This document shows positions 1-9,677 of a stretch of DNA of 64,000 nucleotides, piece after piece. The notes beneath the pieces are model-generated. The model was given only the letters and a program-made list of their open reading frames with translations. It made no database searches and was not told where the DNA came from. Every line of letters begins with the position of its first letter. Within the stretch, counting starts at the first letter, position 1. A program made the position numbers and the translations under genes. This DNA is from Pseudomonadota bacterium (GTDB lineage Bacteria; Desulfobacterota; Desulfobacteria; Desulfobacterales; JAHIVH01). Location of the stretch: positions 2,044 to 66,043 of the forward strand of contig JAHIVH010000107.1 in assembly GCA_018816735.1 (NCBI GenBank). Reading direction: 5' to 3'.

Positions 1-1
1 C

Positions 2-334
2 TTTTTATTTATAGAAGATCCGCTGGTCAATTATTATTTAAACAAGGATTCCATCACGGCAAACCCACGGGCAAAAGCGATTGGACATGAATTCATCTTG
101 AACAAATATATAGGACAAATTAAAAGCGATCGTTTTGTTTATGCAAAACAAACTCTGACAATAGGCCATTATTTTAATCTATCCGGTGACAGAAAAACAG
201 CGGTGTTTTATTTTTTAAAGGCCCTTTTCTCTTATCCTTTATATCTTCGCATTTATCCCTATCTGCTTGGCGCGCTTCTGACCGGCCCGTTCTACAGCAG
301 GCTGACAGCGTTTATACGCGCTTTACGCTTCTAA
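2..334 (+). CDS. 3' end of a CDS running off the left edge of the window (product unknown)
   Basis: The frame starting at nt 2 has no stop until TAA at 332-334. The ORF-track start at 98 is only an internal TTG. No family is recognisable from the ~110 aa visible. Confidence 0.45.
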   Translation, partial: FLFIEDPLVNYYLNKDSITANPRAKAIGHEFILNKYIGQIKSDRFVYAKQTLTIGHYFNLSGDRKTAVFYFLKALFSYPLYLRIYPYLLGALLTGPFYSRLTAFIRALRF

Positions 335-354
335 GAAAAGGAATAGCAGCAAGA

Positions 355-736
355 ATGAAAGATATTCGTTTTTCTATAGTAATATGCACACGTAACCGTC
401 CTTCTGAACTTGAGGCGTGTCTTGACTCAATATCGCTACAAACATATCCGCCCTATGAAACGATCACCGTGGATGCCAGTGATGATAGTAGATCTGAGGC
501 TGTCGCAAGAAATTAGGAGGCGAACGGTGCTCTGACTAAAAAGCATATTCCTTCATCTCCCTCCTGGTTTGACGAAACAGAGAAGCATTGGTGTAGCATA
601 CACCAGGGGATATGTCCTATCGTTTTTTGATGATGATGTCGTACTGAATGAGCATTACTTTCAGAAGATAGTCGAATATTTTGAACGGTTCAAAAATATT
701 TCGATTTCGGGAGCTGACCTGCACCATATGCTGTAG
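355..736 (+). pseudogene. Degraded family-2 glycosyltransferase (GT2), a broken paralogue of the next gene
   Basis: ATG at 355 gives 'MKDIRFSIVICTRNRPSELEACLDSISLQTYPPYETITVDASDDS', the GT2 N-terminus, then an in-frame TAG at 514-516. A second frame continues 'PPGLTKQRSIGVAYTRGYVLSFFDDDVVLNEHYFQKIVEYFERF..ISISGA' and stops at 734-736. Both pieces align with aa ~38-160 of the intact GT2 at 823-1761. The C-terminal half is missing. Confidence 0.75.
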
Positions 737-822
737 TTACATTTAGATTGACACACAAGCGTCAGTTTGACATACTCCCCCGCAAAAAGCAAGTTCTTAT
801 CTTATTTACAAGAGGTCCTAAA

Positions 823-1761
823 ATGCCCGACAAGAAGAATGCCAAAAATAATCTAAGTATTTCCCTAATAATATGCACCAGAAACCGTGTGCAGGATCTT
901 CGGGATTGTTTTGATTCTGTAATCCATCAAACACATTCCGTTGATGAAATTATTATTGTTGACAGTAGTGACAACCTTCTAACAAGGGAACTGTCTGAAG
1001 ACTACAAGACCAGAACAGATATTTCGTTAAAATATATTCATACATCCCCTGGCTTGACTAAACAGAGAAATATAGGGATCAGAATGGCTCATGGTGATAT
1101 TGTTACATTCTTAGATGATGATGTCATTCTCGAATCAAACTATTTCAAAGAAATAATAAATGCTTTTTGTTCATCAACTAATATAGTAGCCGTGGGAGGA
1201 AATATAACCAACAGTTCAACGCTCAGGGGCTCTAAAAAATTGTTTTTTACTATGTTTCTTTTAGAAAGGGAGAATGATGAGAAAGGATATATTCAAAAAT
1301 CCGGATTTGTAAACAACTTAGCATACAATACGATAACAAAAATGACAGAAACTAAAACTCTTTCCGGATGTAATTACAGCTTTAGAAAAGAAATTCTGGA
1401 TGATCATTTATTTGACGAGTTTTTTGATGGATATGGGCTTAGTGAAGATGTTGAGTTTTCCTATCGGGTAAGCAAAGGAAAAGGCAACAAAATGGTTATT
1501 ACACCATTTGCAAAACTTATTCATAAAGAATCTCCTGTCGCGAGAACAGGCCTCAAAAAACTGTTTGAGATGCGAATCGTTAACCATTATTATGTATTTG
1601 TAAAACATGTCAAGATGAAGAAAAGTGACTGGATTTATTTTTGGTGGAGTAACATAGGGGTGATTTTTTTAGCTATATTCTGGTCTTTAAAAATAAGAAA
1701 ATTAACGCCAATTTCTGGGATATTATCTGGGCACAAGAGAATAATCAATTTATCGGATTAA
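823..1761 (+). CDS. Family-2 glycosyltransferase (GT2)
   Basis: 'LSISLIICTRNR', 'IIIVDSSDN', 'GLTKQRNIG' and 'FLDDDVIL' (DxD). I prefer the ATG at 823 to the TTG at 748 given in the ORF track. Confidence 0.85.
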   Translation: MPDKKNAKNNLSISLIICTRNRVQDLRDCFDSVIHQTHSVDEIIIVDSSDNLLTRELSEDYKTRTDISLKYIHTSPGLTKQRNIGIRMAHGDIVTFLDDDVILESNYFKEIINAFCSSTNIVAVGGNITNSSTLRGSKKLFFTMFLLERENDEKGYIQKSGFVNNLAYNTITKMTETKTLSGCNYSFRKEILDDHLFDEFFDGYGLSEDVEFSYRVSKGKGNKMVITPFAKLIHKESPVARTGLKKLFEMRIVNHYYVFVKHVKMKKSDWIYFWWSNIGVIFLAIFWSLKIRKLTPISGILSGHKRIINLSD

Positions 1762-1771
1762 ATAATATAAT

Positions 1772-3037
1772 ATGTTGCCAGAAAAAAAAACAGCAAATTA
1801 TCCAACAGGATTTATTTTCCTAATATTGTTTTGTGCCTTCCGCCCATTAACACTTATTGATTTAAAAATTGAAATAGCAGGGTTAAATGTTCTGGAAGTG
1901 TTTGCTATTATCACATCTTATATATTGTTAATTTTTATTGTACTTAATTTAAGAAAAATAAAATTTGATTTTATTTCGTTGTCTATTTTATTGTTCTGCT
2001 CATATTGTTTTATAAGTATATTATGGGGTTCTCACGTAAGAAGCATTGCACAAGTTACTTTGCCATTTGTCCTTTTTTTTGCCATACGAGTAATGGTTAA
2101 CGAACCAAAACAGATTAAACTGTTGCTATCAGTGCTATTAATTGCTTATTGTTTTCCTTTATTCGGAAGTTTATATAAAATAATTCAAGGATTCAACGTT
2201 TTAGATGTTGATCCGATTACCGGAATTGAAAGATTTGCCGGTATGTTCAAGAGAATCCATGTATTTTCCCAGGCCATGTTCTTCATCTCTATTTTTTTTT
2301 ATATTCAAGTGAATATAAATCAGTTAAGAAACAGACAAATAAAAAGGACTTTGCTATTCTTACTCATCATTTCATTTTTTTGCCTTTTAAAAACTTATGT
2401 AAGATCTACCTCTTTAGGCTTATTTTTATTTTGGGCCATTGCTTTGTGTGGATATAATAAAAAATATTTTTTTATTTTATTAATTTCATCATTAATCATA
2501 GTAGTAATTTATATAGGTACTATCCAACAGATTTTTTTAAAATCCCAGGAAATGGACCTCAATGTCGCTTCAAGTGGAAGATTGACTCTGTGGGAACATA
2601 ACATTAGCCTTTTTTTAGAATCAAGTTTTGAAAATAAACTGTTAGGACATGGTGCTGGAGTTGGATCTACGGGTGTTTTTGGTTCAGATAATGAAATTTG
2701 GGTTTCCCATAACGATTATCTTCAGCTATTGATGGCATTAGGGGGCGTTGGCCTGGTAGCATATCTTCTCATCTTTTTTGTACTACTGAAAGATGTTTAT
2801 ATGTCTAGTATGGATGGAAGTATAAAATATTTTTATTATGCGGTAATCTTTTCTATAACATTTATAAACTTTACAGATGGAATAACTCTTTATCAGGTAG
2901 GGTCATCACAACAATTTTGGTTTGTAATGGGGTTCTTGTATGTATTTAAAGATTTCAACGCAACCTCCTCCATCAATCTAAAAAATGATAACCTGACAAA
3001 GTCGGCCTATGAAAGGACCTCTGGAATATATGCCTGA
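1772..3037 (+). CDS. O-antigen ligase / Wzy-type polymerase-like polytopic membrane protein
   Basis: 421 aa and very hydrophobic throughout. The loop 'GHGAGVGSTG...VSHNDYLQLLMALGGVGLVAYLL' is typical of the Wzy_C / O-antigen ligase family. Confidence 0.75.
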   Translation: MLPEKKTANYPTGFIFLILFCAFRPLTLIDLKIEIAGLNVLEVFAIITSYILLIFIVLNLRKIKFDFISLSILLFCSYCFISILWGSHVRSIAQVTLPFVLFFAIRVMVNEPKQIKLLLSVLLIAYCFPLFGSLYKIIQGFNVLDVDPITGIERFAGMFKRIHVFSQAMFFISIFFYIQVNINQLRNRQIKRTLLFLLIISFFCLLKTYVRSTSLGLFLFWAIALCGYNKKYFFILLISSLIIVVIYIGTIQQIFLKSQEMDLNVASSGRLTLWEHNISLFLESSFENKLLGHGAGVGSTGVFGSDNEIWVSHNDYLQLLMALGGVGLVAYLLIFFVLLKDVYMSSMDGSIKYFYYAVIFSITFINFTDGITLYQVGSSQQFWFVMGFLYVFKDFNATSSINLKNDNLTKSAYERTSGIYA

Positions 3038-3167
3038 AGCTATGGAGTGAAGAAGTTGAATCTCTATCTGCCTTCGACAATCGATTAATCGCCCTACCGG
3101 TTCATGGATAATTAATTCAAATAGTGAGGAGCTTAAAATATTGAAGCAATTAGAGACCGAGGACATA

Positions 3168-3905
3168 ATGGGTTACAGGGTATTCAGCTCGAACCAGTTC
3201 CATCTTCTGGATGCTATTACAAATTGGACAGCGAAAGGAACCTACTGCAGGTTGCTTGCCTGTATTAACCCACATTCATATGTTGTTTCATTGAGGGACT
3301 CCGAATTTTCTCTTGCTCTTCATGGATCCGACTGGCTTATTCCCGATGGGATAGGAATTCTAATAGCTTCTCGGATTCTTGGGGGACGTATCAATCAAAG
3401 GATAACAGGTAGCGATGTATTCCATGGCCTTAATTCAAAGCTCAATAATACTGGTGGTAAAGTATTTTTTCTCGGTTCCACGGAAGCTACCCTGAATGCC
3501 ATTTGCGATAAGGTCCGACTCGAATGGCCGGGTATTCGAATTGCAGGAACATATTCGCCACCATTTAAATCCGAATTTTCCGGCGAGGATAACAAAGCAA
3601 TGCTGGAAGCTATTAATGCTGTTGCGCCGGATGTACTTTGGGTAGCAATGACTGCTCCTAAACAGGAAAAATGGCTAATTAAAAATCGACAGAATTTAAA
3701 TGTTAAGTTCGCTGGAGCTGTAGGCGCTGTCTTTGATTTTTATACGGAACGAGTGAAACGATCCCACCCTAAGTTTCAGGGCTTAGGTCTTGAATGGCTG
3801 CCCCGCCTAATCCAAGAGCCGAGCAGGCTATGGAGAAGGAATTTCATTTCAACCCCGAAATTTCTTTACAGATTGGCGATTGAGCGGAAGATTAGACGGA
3901 AATAA
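3168..3905 (+). CDS. WecB/TagA/CpsF-family glycosyltransferase (GT26)
   Basis: 'INPHSYV', 'LIPDGIGILIASRILGGRINQRITGSDVF', 'FFLGSTE', 'YSPPF' and 'MTAPKQEKWL'. ATG at 3168 sits 5 nt after a GAGG; the ORF-track start at 3141 is TTG. Confidence 0.85.
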   Translation: MGYRVFSSNQFHLLDAITNWTAKGTYCRLLACINPHSYVVSLRDSEFSLALHGSDWLIPDGIGILIASRILGGRINQRITGSDVFHGLNSKLNNTGGKVFFLGSTEATLNAICDKVRLEWPGIRIAGTYSPPFKSEFSGEDNKAMLEAINAVAPDVLWVAMTAPKQEKWLIKNRQNLNVKFAGAVGAVFDFYTERVKRSHPKFQGLGLEWLPRLIQEPSRLWRRNFISTPKFLYRLAIERKIRRK

Positions 3906-4201
3906 TTTTTTTTCGGGATAAATGGGCGGGCCATTATATTGTGAGTCTAAGTCAGCTTTCATAAACTACACACACCCGTCAGCCATATAGGCTGTATGAA
4001 GATTTCCATAAATATGATCGCCGAATGATTCTACATTCTGGTGATATAACTGATGCGTGTGTATCAGTCATGAATCTCGATGATAATACAGCATCGGATT
4101 CTTTTTTCGTTGAAAAAGAAGATTTAATCAAAAGAATTCTTCGCAGTTCTTTTGCTGGGTAGTTCATTATCAAATTGAAATCAAAACGAAAGAAATAAAT
4201 T

Positions 4202-5383
4202 ATGTCCATTGATGCGATTTTTTGTGTATGTATGGATCCTTGGGAAGAGCCAAAGAATGGGCAGGCTAGATTCGCCAGACAAATGTTACATGCTTTTAGT
4301 GGACGAATTGCTGTTGCAGGTGTAACAAACGAAAAATTACCCTTGAGGAGGTGGATTGATCGTCCTTTTGAAGGAAAAATTATAAAATTTTTTAATATGG
4401 GAAAATTACATCAAGAAGACTCAATCAAACCTATTATACCACTAAGAGTAGTTGTATACTATTATGCAAAAATATCAATGCCTATAATACACTCAACATG
4501 TGTAAAAAATATATTTATTGAATCTCCAGAAGTACTATTCGCTGCAGCAAACTATAAATGGAATAGTGTTTGCTATCGTTTCGCTGGTGTAAGCAACCCG
4601 GTTGCTAATTCAAGATACAAGTGGGCTAGATTGTTTGGCGCCTTTTTTGAAAGAAAAATGTTTTTAGATTTAAATAAAATTAACGTTGATTCAATCCTTG
4701 CCTCTGCTGATCATAAGGCTATTGATGAAGTGGTTGCACGTAGCAAAGGTTTATTAAACAGAAGTTTGATACATCATTTCCCAACTAGAGTCGATAGTGA
4801 TTTATTTCAACCATTTTCAAAAATAGAAGAAAGAAAGGTACTTAATTTAGATAATGATAAGATCATAATTGTGTCCTGTGGGAGACTTAATTGGGTTAAA
4901 GGTTGGGATTTCATGCTCGACTCAATGGTTTTTTTACAGAAGGACGGTAGAGACTTTCAGGTCATTTTCGTTGGCGATGGAGAAGATCGTCTGAAATTAT
5001 TCCAAAAAGCAAAAGAACTAAAAATTGAAAAAAACATTTTCGTAACCGGGTTTATACCAAATGGCGAAGTTCAAAGTTACCTGAATGCCGCTGACCTTTG
5101 TGTAGTGACATCACACAATGAAGGGTGGTCGTTGGCAATGCTTGAGATGCTATCTTGCGGCAAAGCTATTGTATCCACCGATGTAAGCGGGGCAAATGAA
5201 ATGATACGTTCCGGACACAATGGATTCGTAGTTAAAGAAAGAAATCCAAACCTTTTTGCCGATGCAATCAGCAAAGCATTGGAGTTAAAAAATGCAAGAG
5301 ATGTCAGTTTGGAGATCGCAGCACGATATTCAACGAAAACGCTTGCACCTGATTTAGCAAGTATTTGGAATCCGCTATCCTGA
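4202..5383 (+). CDS. Group-1 glycosyltransferase (GT4)
   Basis: C-terminal GT4 signature: 'GRLNWVKGWD', 'FVGDGEDR', 'SHNEGWSLAMLEMLSCGKAIVSTDVSGANEMIRSGHNGFVV'. Confidence 0.85.
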   Translation: MSIDAIFCVCMDPWEEPKNGQARFARQMLHAFSGRIAVAGVTNEKLPLRRWIDRPFEGKIIKFFNMGKLHQEDSIKPIIPLRVVVYYYAKISMPIIHSTCVKNIFIESPEVLFAAANYKWNSVCYRFAGVSNPVANSRYKWARLFGAFFERKMFLDLNKINVDSILASADHKAIDEVVARSKGLLNRSLIHHFPTRVDSDLFQPFSKIEERKVLNLDNDKIIIVSCGRLNWVKGWDFMLDSMVFLQKDGRDFQVIFVGDGEDRLKLFQKAKELKIEKNIFVTGFIPNGEVQSYLNAADLCVVTSHNEGWSLAMLEMLSCGKAIVSTDVSGANEMIRSGHNGFVVKERNPNLFADAISKALELKNARDVSLEIAARYSTKTLAPDLASIWNPLS

Positions 5384-5603
5384 AATCCGAAAAATCCATT
5401 TTCCTTTAAATGTTTAACGTTTTGTGGTGATAGTGGTTTCGGTCCCCTTATTTATGAATATTTGCATATATTATAAAGAAGAGTCACTTGATTGCTATAA
5501 GGAAATAATAAGAGAAAATGAATATTAGTAGTGAAACCCAATTATGGAGGTTGAAACTTGAGACATAATGAATTGTGCGCGTGGTACGAAGAGGGCAATT
5601 AAA

Positions 5604-7475
5604 ATGTGCGGTATTACAGGAATAGCTTATCTTCGAGGCGATAAAAAGGTTGCTCTTAAAACCTTAAAAACAATGACCGATGTTCTTGCCCACAGGGGAC
5701 CTGATGGCGAGGGGTTTTATATAAATAACAATGTTGGTCTGGGACACAGGCGTTTGTCAATTATCGACCTTTCTACAGGAGACCAGCCAATATATAGCCG
5801 TGATAAATCGTTAGTTCTGGTATTCAATGGTGAGATATATAACTATGTTGAAATACGCGAAGATCTAAAAAAACTTGGGCACACTTTTCTCACCACGTCT
5901 GATTCTGAGGTAATCATACATGCTTATGAACAGTGGGGTTTAGATTGCCAGAAAATTTTTAATGGAATGTGGGCCTTTGCCCTCTGGGATAACAGGAATA
6001 AGTCACTTTTTATTTCTCGCGACAGAATAGGTGTCAAGCCGCTTTATTACTCTGTTTATAATAATACTTTTTCATTTGCATCTGAAATAAAAAGTATATT
6101 GAGCGTTTTCCCGGGAATGAAAATAAACCTAAGTGTAATTAGTCTTTACTTGACTTTATCATACATTCCGGCACCCCATTCTTTTTACAAAAATATACTC
6201 AAGCTTGAACCCGGTTGTTGCTTGCTGCTCAAAGACGGTAATTATAAGGTTTCCAGATATTGGGATTTGCCAGACATTGATGAACAAGATTTGATTAAGG
6301 ACAAAAGTAGTGTATATGAACAATTCGATGACTTGTTCAGGGATTCCGTGAAGTTAAGAATGAGGAGCGATGTCCCTTACGGCGCTTTTTTAAGTGGAGG
6401 TCTTGATTCAACAAGTACTGTCGCCATTATGTCCGAGTTGTCGTCGTATCCGGTAGAAACTTTTACAATCGGTTTTAAAGAAAAAACCTTTGACGAAAGC
6501 GATCTTGCCAATGAGGCTGCTAAAAAGTTTTCAACACACCACCATCAGGGAACGGTGGAACATGATTCTTTTTTACAGTCATTAGAAAAGGTAGTTAATT
6601 CTTATGATGAGCCTTTCGGGGATTCTTCAGCTATACCAACAGGTTATGTGTCTAAATTTGCTGTTAAACATGTAAAAATGGTTCTAACGGGAGATGGCGG
6701 TGATGAATGCCTTTCAGGATATCCAGGCTATCAAGCTGAAAAAATAGCATATTACTACAAAAAACTACCTAATATTATTAGGAAAAAATTTCCAAAATCT
6801 GTTGGGCTCATAAGCCCTTATTTTAAAAATGACATGCGTTATATGTTGAATAGGATGCAACGGGTTGTCCACACATCAAATTTACATTTTCCAGATAGGT
6901 TTCTTAAAAAAGCAAGTTATTTCGATACAGACTTATTAAACGACCTGTTCATAAAAACAGATGGAATTATTAATCCTAAGGATTATATTTCAGATTTTTT
7001 TATTAAGACAAGTTTACAAGAAGGGTTCTATCAACTAAATGTATTCGACTTGAAAATCTCGTTACCGGATAGGATGCTTACAAAGGTTGACAGAATGACC
7101 ATGGCTTATTCTCTTGAAGCTCGATCTCCATTTTTGGATTATCGCCTGGTTGAATTGCTTTTCAAAGTGGATATGAATGTAAAAATGGAAGGTTTCGAGC
7201 GTAAGACAGTGCTTAGGAATACTATCGGTAAAAGATTGCCCCGCCCAATATTGAAGGCAAAAAAGAGCGGTTTTGGCATTCCATTGAGAGAATGGATGAA
7301 GGAGAGCCAATTTCAAAAACATTTCAATAAGTTGAAGGCTCTGGAAGATTTCGGATTCCGATACAACACGATTAAAAAAATGATATCCGAAAATAATGGC
7401 GGCCAAAAAGATTACGGTAATCATCTATGGATGCTCTTCGTTCTGAACGAATGCTTAACAAATTTAAAGCCTTAA
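5604..7475 (+). CDS. Asparagine synthase (glutamine-hydrolysing)-family amidotransferase, of the type found in EPS loci
   Basis: 'MCGITGI' supplies the class-II amidotransferase nucleophile Cys2, which fixes the start at 5604. Also 'HRGPDGEG', 'HRRLSIIDLS', 'FNGEIYN' and the PP-loop 'FLSGGLDST'. Confidence 0.9.
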   Translation: MCGITGIAYLRGDKKVALKTLKTMTDVLAHRGPDGEGFYINNNVGLGHRRLSIIDLSTGDQPIYSRDKSLVLVFNGEIYNYVEIREDLKKLGHTFLTTSDSEVIIHAYEQWGLDCQKIFNGMWAFALWDNRNKSLFISRDRIGVKPLYYSVYNNTFSFASEIKSILSVFPGMKINLSVISLYLTLSYIPAPHSFYKNILKLEPGCCLLLKDGNYKVSRYWDLPDIDEQDLIKDKSSVYEQFDDLFRDSVKLRMRSDVPYGAFLSGGLDSTSTVAIMSELSSYPVETFTIGFKEKTFDESDLANEAAKKFSTHHHQGTVEHDSFLQSLEKVVNSYDEPFGDSSAIPTGYVSKFAVKHVKMVLTGDGGDECLSGYPGYQAEKIAYYYKKLPNIIRKKFPKSVGLISPYFKNDMRYMLNRMQRVVHTSNLHFPDRFLKKASYFDTDLLNDLFIKTDGIINPKDYISDFFIKTSLQEGFYQLNVFDLKISLPDRMLTKVDRMTMAYSLEARSPFLDYRLVELLFKVDMNVKMEGFERKTVLRNTIGKRLPRPILKAKKSGFGIPLREWMKESQFQKHFNKLKALEDFGFRYNTIKKMISENNGGQKDYGNHLWMLFVLNECLTNLKP

Positions 7476-7889
7476 TAGTTGAAGGATACAATTACTTTAT
7501 ACGGCACAATAGTTTTTTGCCCAAAAATGGTTGCCTCAAAAAGGTGGATTATGCAAAGGTCCTTTTGACTTGCTATTTGTTTAGAGTTTGCACAAAAGTG
7601 TCCAATATATGTTCAAAAATTCTCAAAATTCATGTTGTTTTGAAATTCTACTTTTTAATAACTAATTTAATTAAAGAGTTATATAGATTAAGCGTGATCG
7701 CTTTTAAACCTTGCATGGATTTTGCAATCTCCAACTGAGACATATTTGGATTGAAAAAGCCTATTGGGCTGTTTAATAGAATTCCAAAGGAAAAGTTTAT
7801 TATGTCACTTAAAAAGAGGCCAGGTCAAAAACCGGGTCATTATTTGCGAATGCATGGGCAACTTTAAAATATCAATAGGGAGATATATT

Positions 7890-9413
7890 ATGAAAGCGTC
7901 TTATAGATTAATTATGTTTATATTACTGATAATCGGGTCTTCCTTGATTTATGCTTCGGCCTATGCAGCTATCATAACGTGCAACACTTTGGTCGCTGAT
8001 AATTCGACAGACAACACCGCTGCTCTCAATACATGCCTAAATGCAGCGAAAAACGAACCCGAAAAAATCGTTAATATTCCAAGTGCTGGAGCAAGTTCCT
8101 TTAAATTTAATAGTACTATAACGGTACCTGCAGGTGTTTCAGTAGTGGGGGCTGATGGCGCAAAGTTTAATCTGAGACCAGGCCTTGTATTAAAAGATTA
8201 TAGCAAGATAACCAATATAGATTTTGTGAACACTGGTGGATATATTACAGTTCAAATAGGAACTGCCGGGGGTGGACTGGTAACAGGAGCAGAGATTAAC
8301 GATTGTTCTTTCGGAGGTTCAAACTGGTCAACCATACTCGCCTGGGTCGCGAATGAATGCATAATTAATAATAACACAATCACAAATACTGGCACAGGGC
8401 AAAACATCTGTTTTCTTGGCGGCAAGAGAAACAGAATAACAAACAACAAGACAAACGGTGGATTTACGGGGATCATCCTTAAGTACGACCGCAGGCATAA
8501 TACTTCCCCCGATGGGATGTTTGAAGACAACATCATTGCGTATAATAATGTTGGGCCGCATCAAGAAGAGGGTATCTCTCTCGACTCCAACGCTGCAATT
8601 TCTGCCAGCACCCCTGAGCTTGAATATGATACAGTTTCAGCAGTAAACGGGGCCAGCATCACTCTCTCCAACGTTAATTGGGGAGGGGGCGACGATCCCG
8701 ATTATGTCGGTTATTACATCGTACCGTGTACCGGTTCCGCTATAGGACAATATAAAAAGATCATGGCGCAATCCGGGGCTACTTTTACGGTGGAAAGCGC
8801 GTTTTCTGATCTCGTACCTGGAGACGGGGTTTCTATCAACGCGCTTTATATCGGGAATGTTATCGCACACAATACCGTAACGGGGGGGTTCAGAGCCGAC
8901 AGAATTTTGATTTATGGGAGTGCATTCCATAATCGTATTGAATATAATGACGTCGGGATTGCAAGTGAAAATGGGATTACAATCAAGTCATTAGACAGGG
9001 GGCCAGTTTCAAATATTAGTGTAACCGGCGCTGCTGGAAGAGGACCAGCTGGATATAATCTTATTCGAAACAACACAGCAAATGCTATTTATGTTCGCTA
9101 TCGCTGCAATGGTGCTGCCGGTAGTTATAGTCCTTACAATTCGTACGGCAATGCCCTTGTAAATAACACAATAACCGGTAAGGTAACAATAAATTATCAG
9201 TATTACTATTCGTCTGGAAACACAGGTGGTTTTTCTCTGTTCGAAACGGGTGCAAATGATTGTAGTGGAACCACATCCTCTTATGCTGTTGCTTTGGACA
9301 GTACACCTCTCGACACCACCGATCAAACTTATACAGACTACGTCGAAGGCATTGCCAAACTTGATCCACCAAGTGGTGTACGAATAGAAACAATCGATGA
9401 TTCTTCAAAATGA
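7890..9413 (+). CDS. Secreted right-handed parallel beta-helix repeat protein (candidate polysaccharide lyase, epimerase or depolymerase)
   Basis: Signal peptide 'MKASYRLIMFILLIIGSSLIYASAYA' after the RBS GGGAG. Repeated 'I.NN.I.N.G' / 'N.I..N.V' turns and a Gly/Asn/Thr-rich composition typical of pectate-lyase-fold proteins. Confidence 0.7.
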   Translation: MKASYRLIMFILLIIGSSLIYASAYAAIITCNTLVADNSTDNTAALNTCLNAAKNEPEKIVNIPSAGASSFKFNSTITVPAGVSVVGADGAKFNLRPGLVLKDYSKITNIDFVNTGGYITVQIGTAGGGLVTGAEINDCSFGGSNWSTILAWVANECIINNNTITNTGTGQNICFLGGKRNRITNNKTNGGFTGIILKYDRRHNTSPDGMFEDNIIAYNNVGPHQEEGISLDSNAAISASTPELEYDTVSAVNGASITLSNVNWGGGDDPDYVGYYIVPCTGSAIGQYKKIMAQSGATFTVESAFSDLVPGDGVSINALYIGNVIAHNTVTGGFRADRILIYGSAFHNRIEYNDVGIASENGITIKSLDRGPVSNISVTGAAGRGPAGYNLIRNNTANAIYVRYRCNGAAGSYSPYNSYGNALVNNTITGKVTINYQYYYSSGNTGGFSLFETGANDCSGTTSSYAVALDSTPLDTTDQTYTDYVEGIAKLDPPSGVRIETIDDSSK

Positions 9414-9677
9414 AGTGTATTTTTAATTGGAAAAAAGGACATGCGGGATTCTTTCTAAGGCCGCCAAACCGGAGGCAGGAATGGAATGATCGCATGTCCA
9501 TAAATTTTCTTCACCATGCATGACGCTAAGTAGTCGGCCCTGGAAACATCCTAAGCTATAGAAAAAACTATCATTAAGCGTAGCTTTTTGATAGAGGGTT
9601 TGCAAGTTTTTCGTTTCCAAACGCTCAAAGCCATATAAATTTTATCATGAAACCGAAGAAATACCCGCACAAGACAG

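Noticed and set aside
3979-4209. 76-aa minus-strand ORF between the GT26 and GT4 genes
   Set aside because: It is on the opposite strand to a uniformly + strand operon, overlaps the GT4 start, and has no motif.
7427-7738. 103-aa + strand ORF after the asparagine-synthase-like gene
   Set aside because: It overlaps the asnB-like 3' end and has no RBS. The composition is rich in Cys/Lys/Phe/Leu, as expected from AT-rich non-coding DNA, and no motif is present. I treat 7476-7889 as intergenic.
8252-9501. Minus-strand ORFs within the beta-helix gene (8252-8536, 8328-8564, 8637-8930, 9009-9326, 9085-9501)
   Set aside because: They are antisense to a gene with a signal peptide and a coherent repeat pattern, and their composition is implausible.
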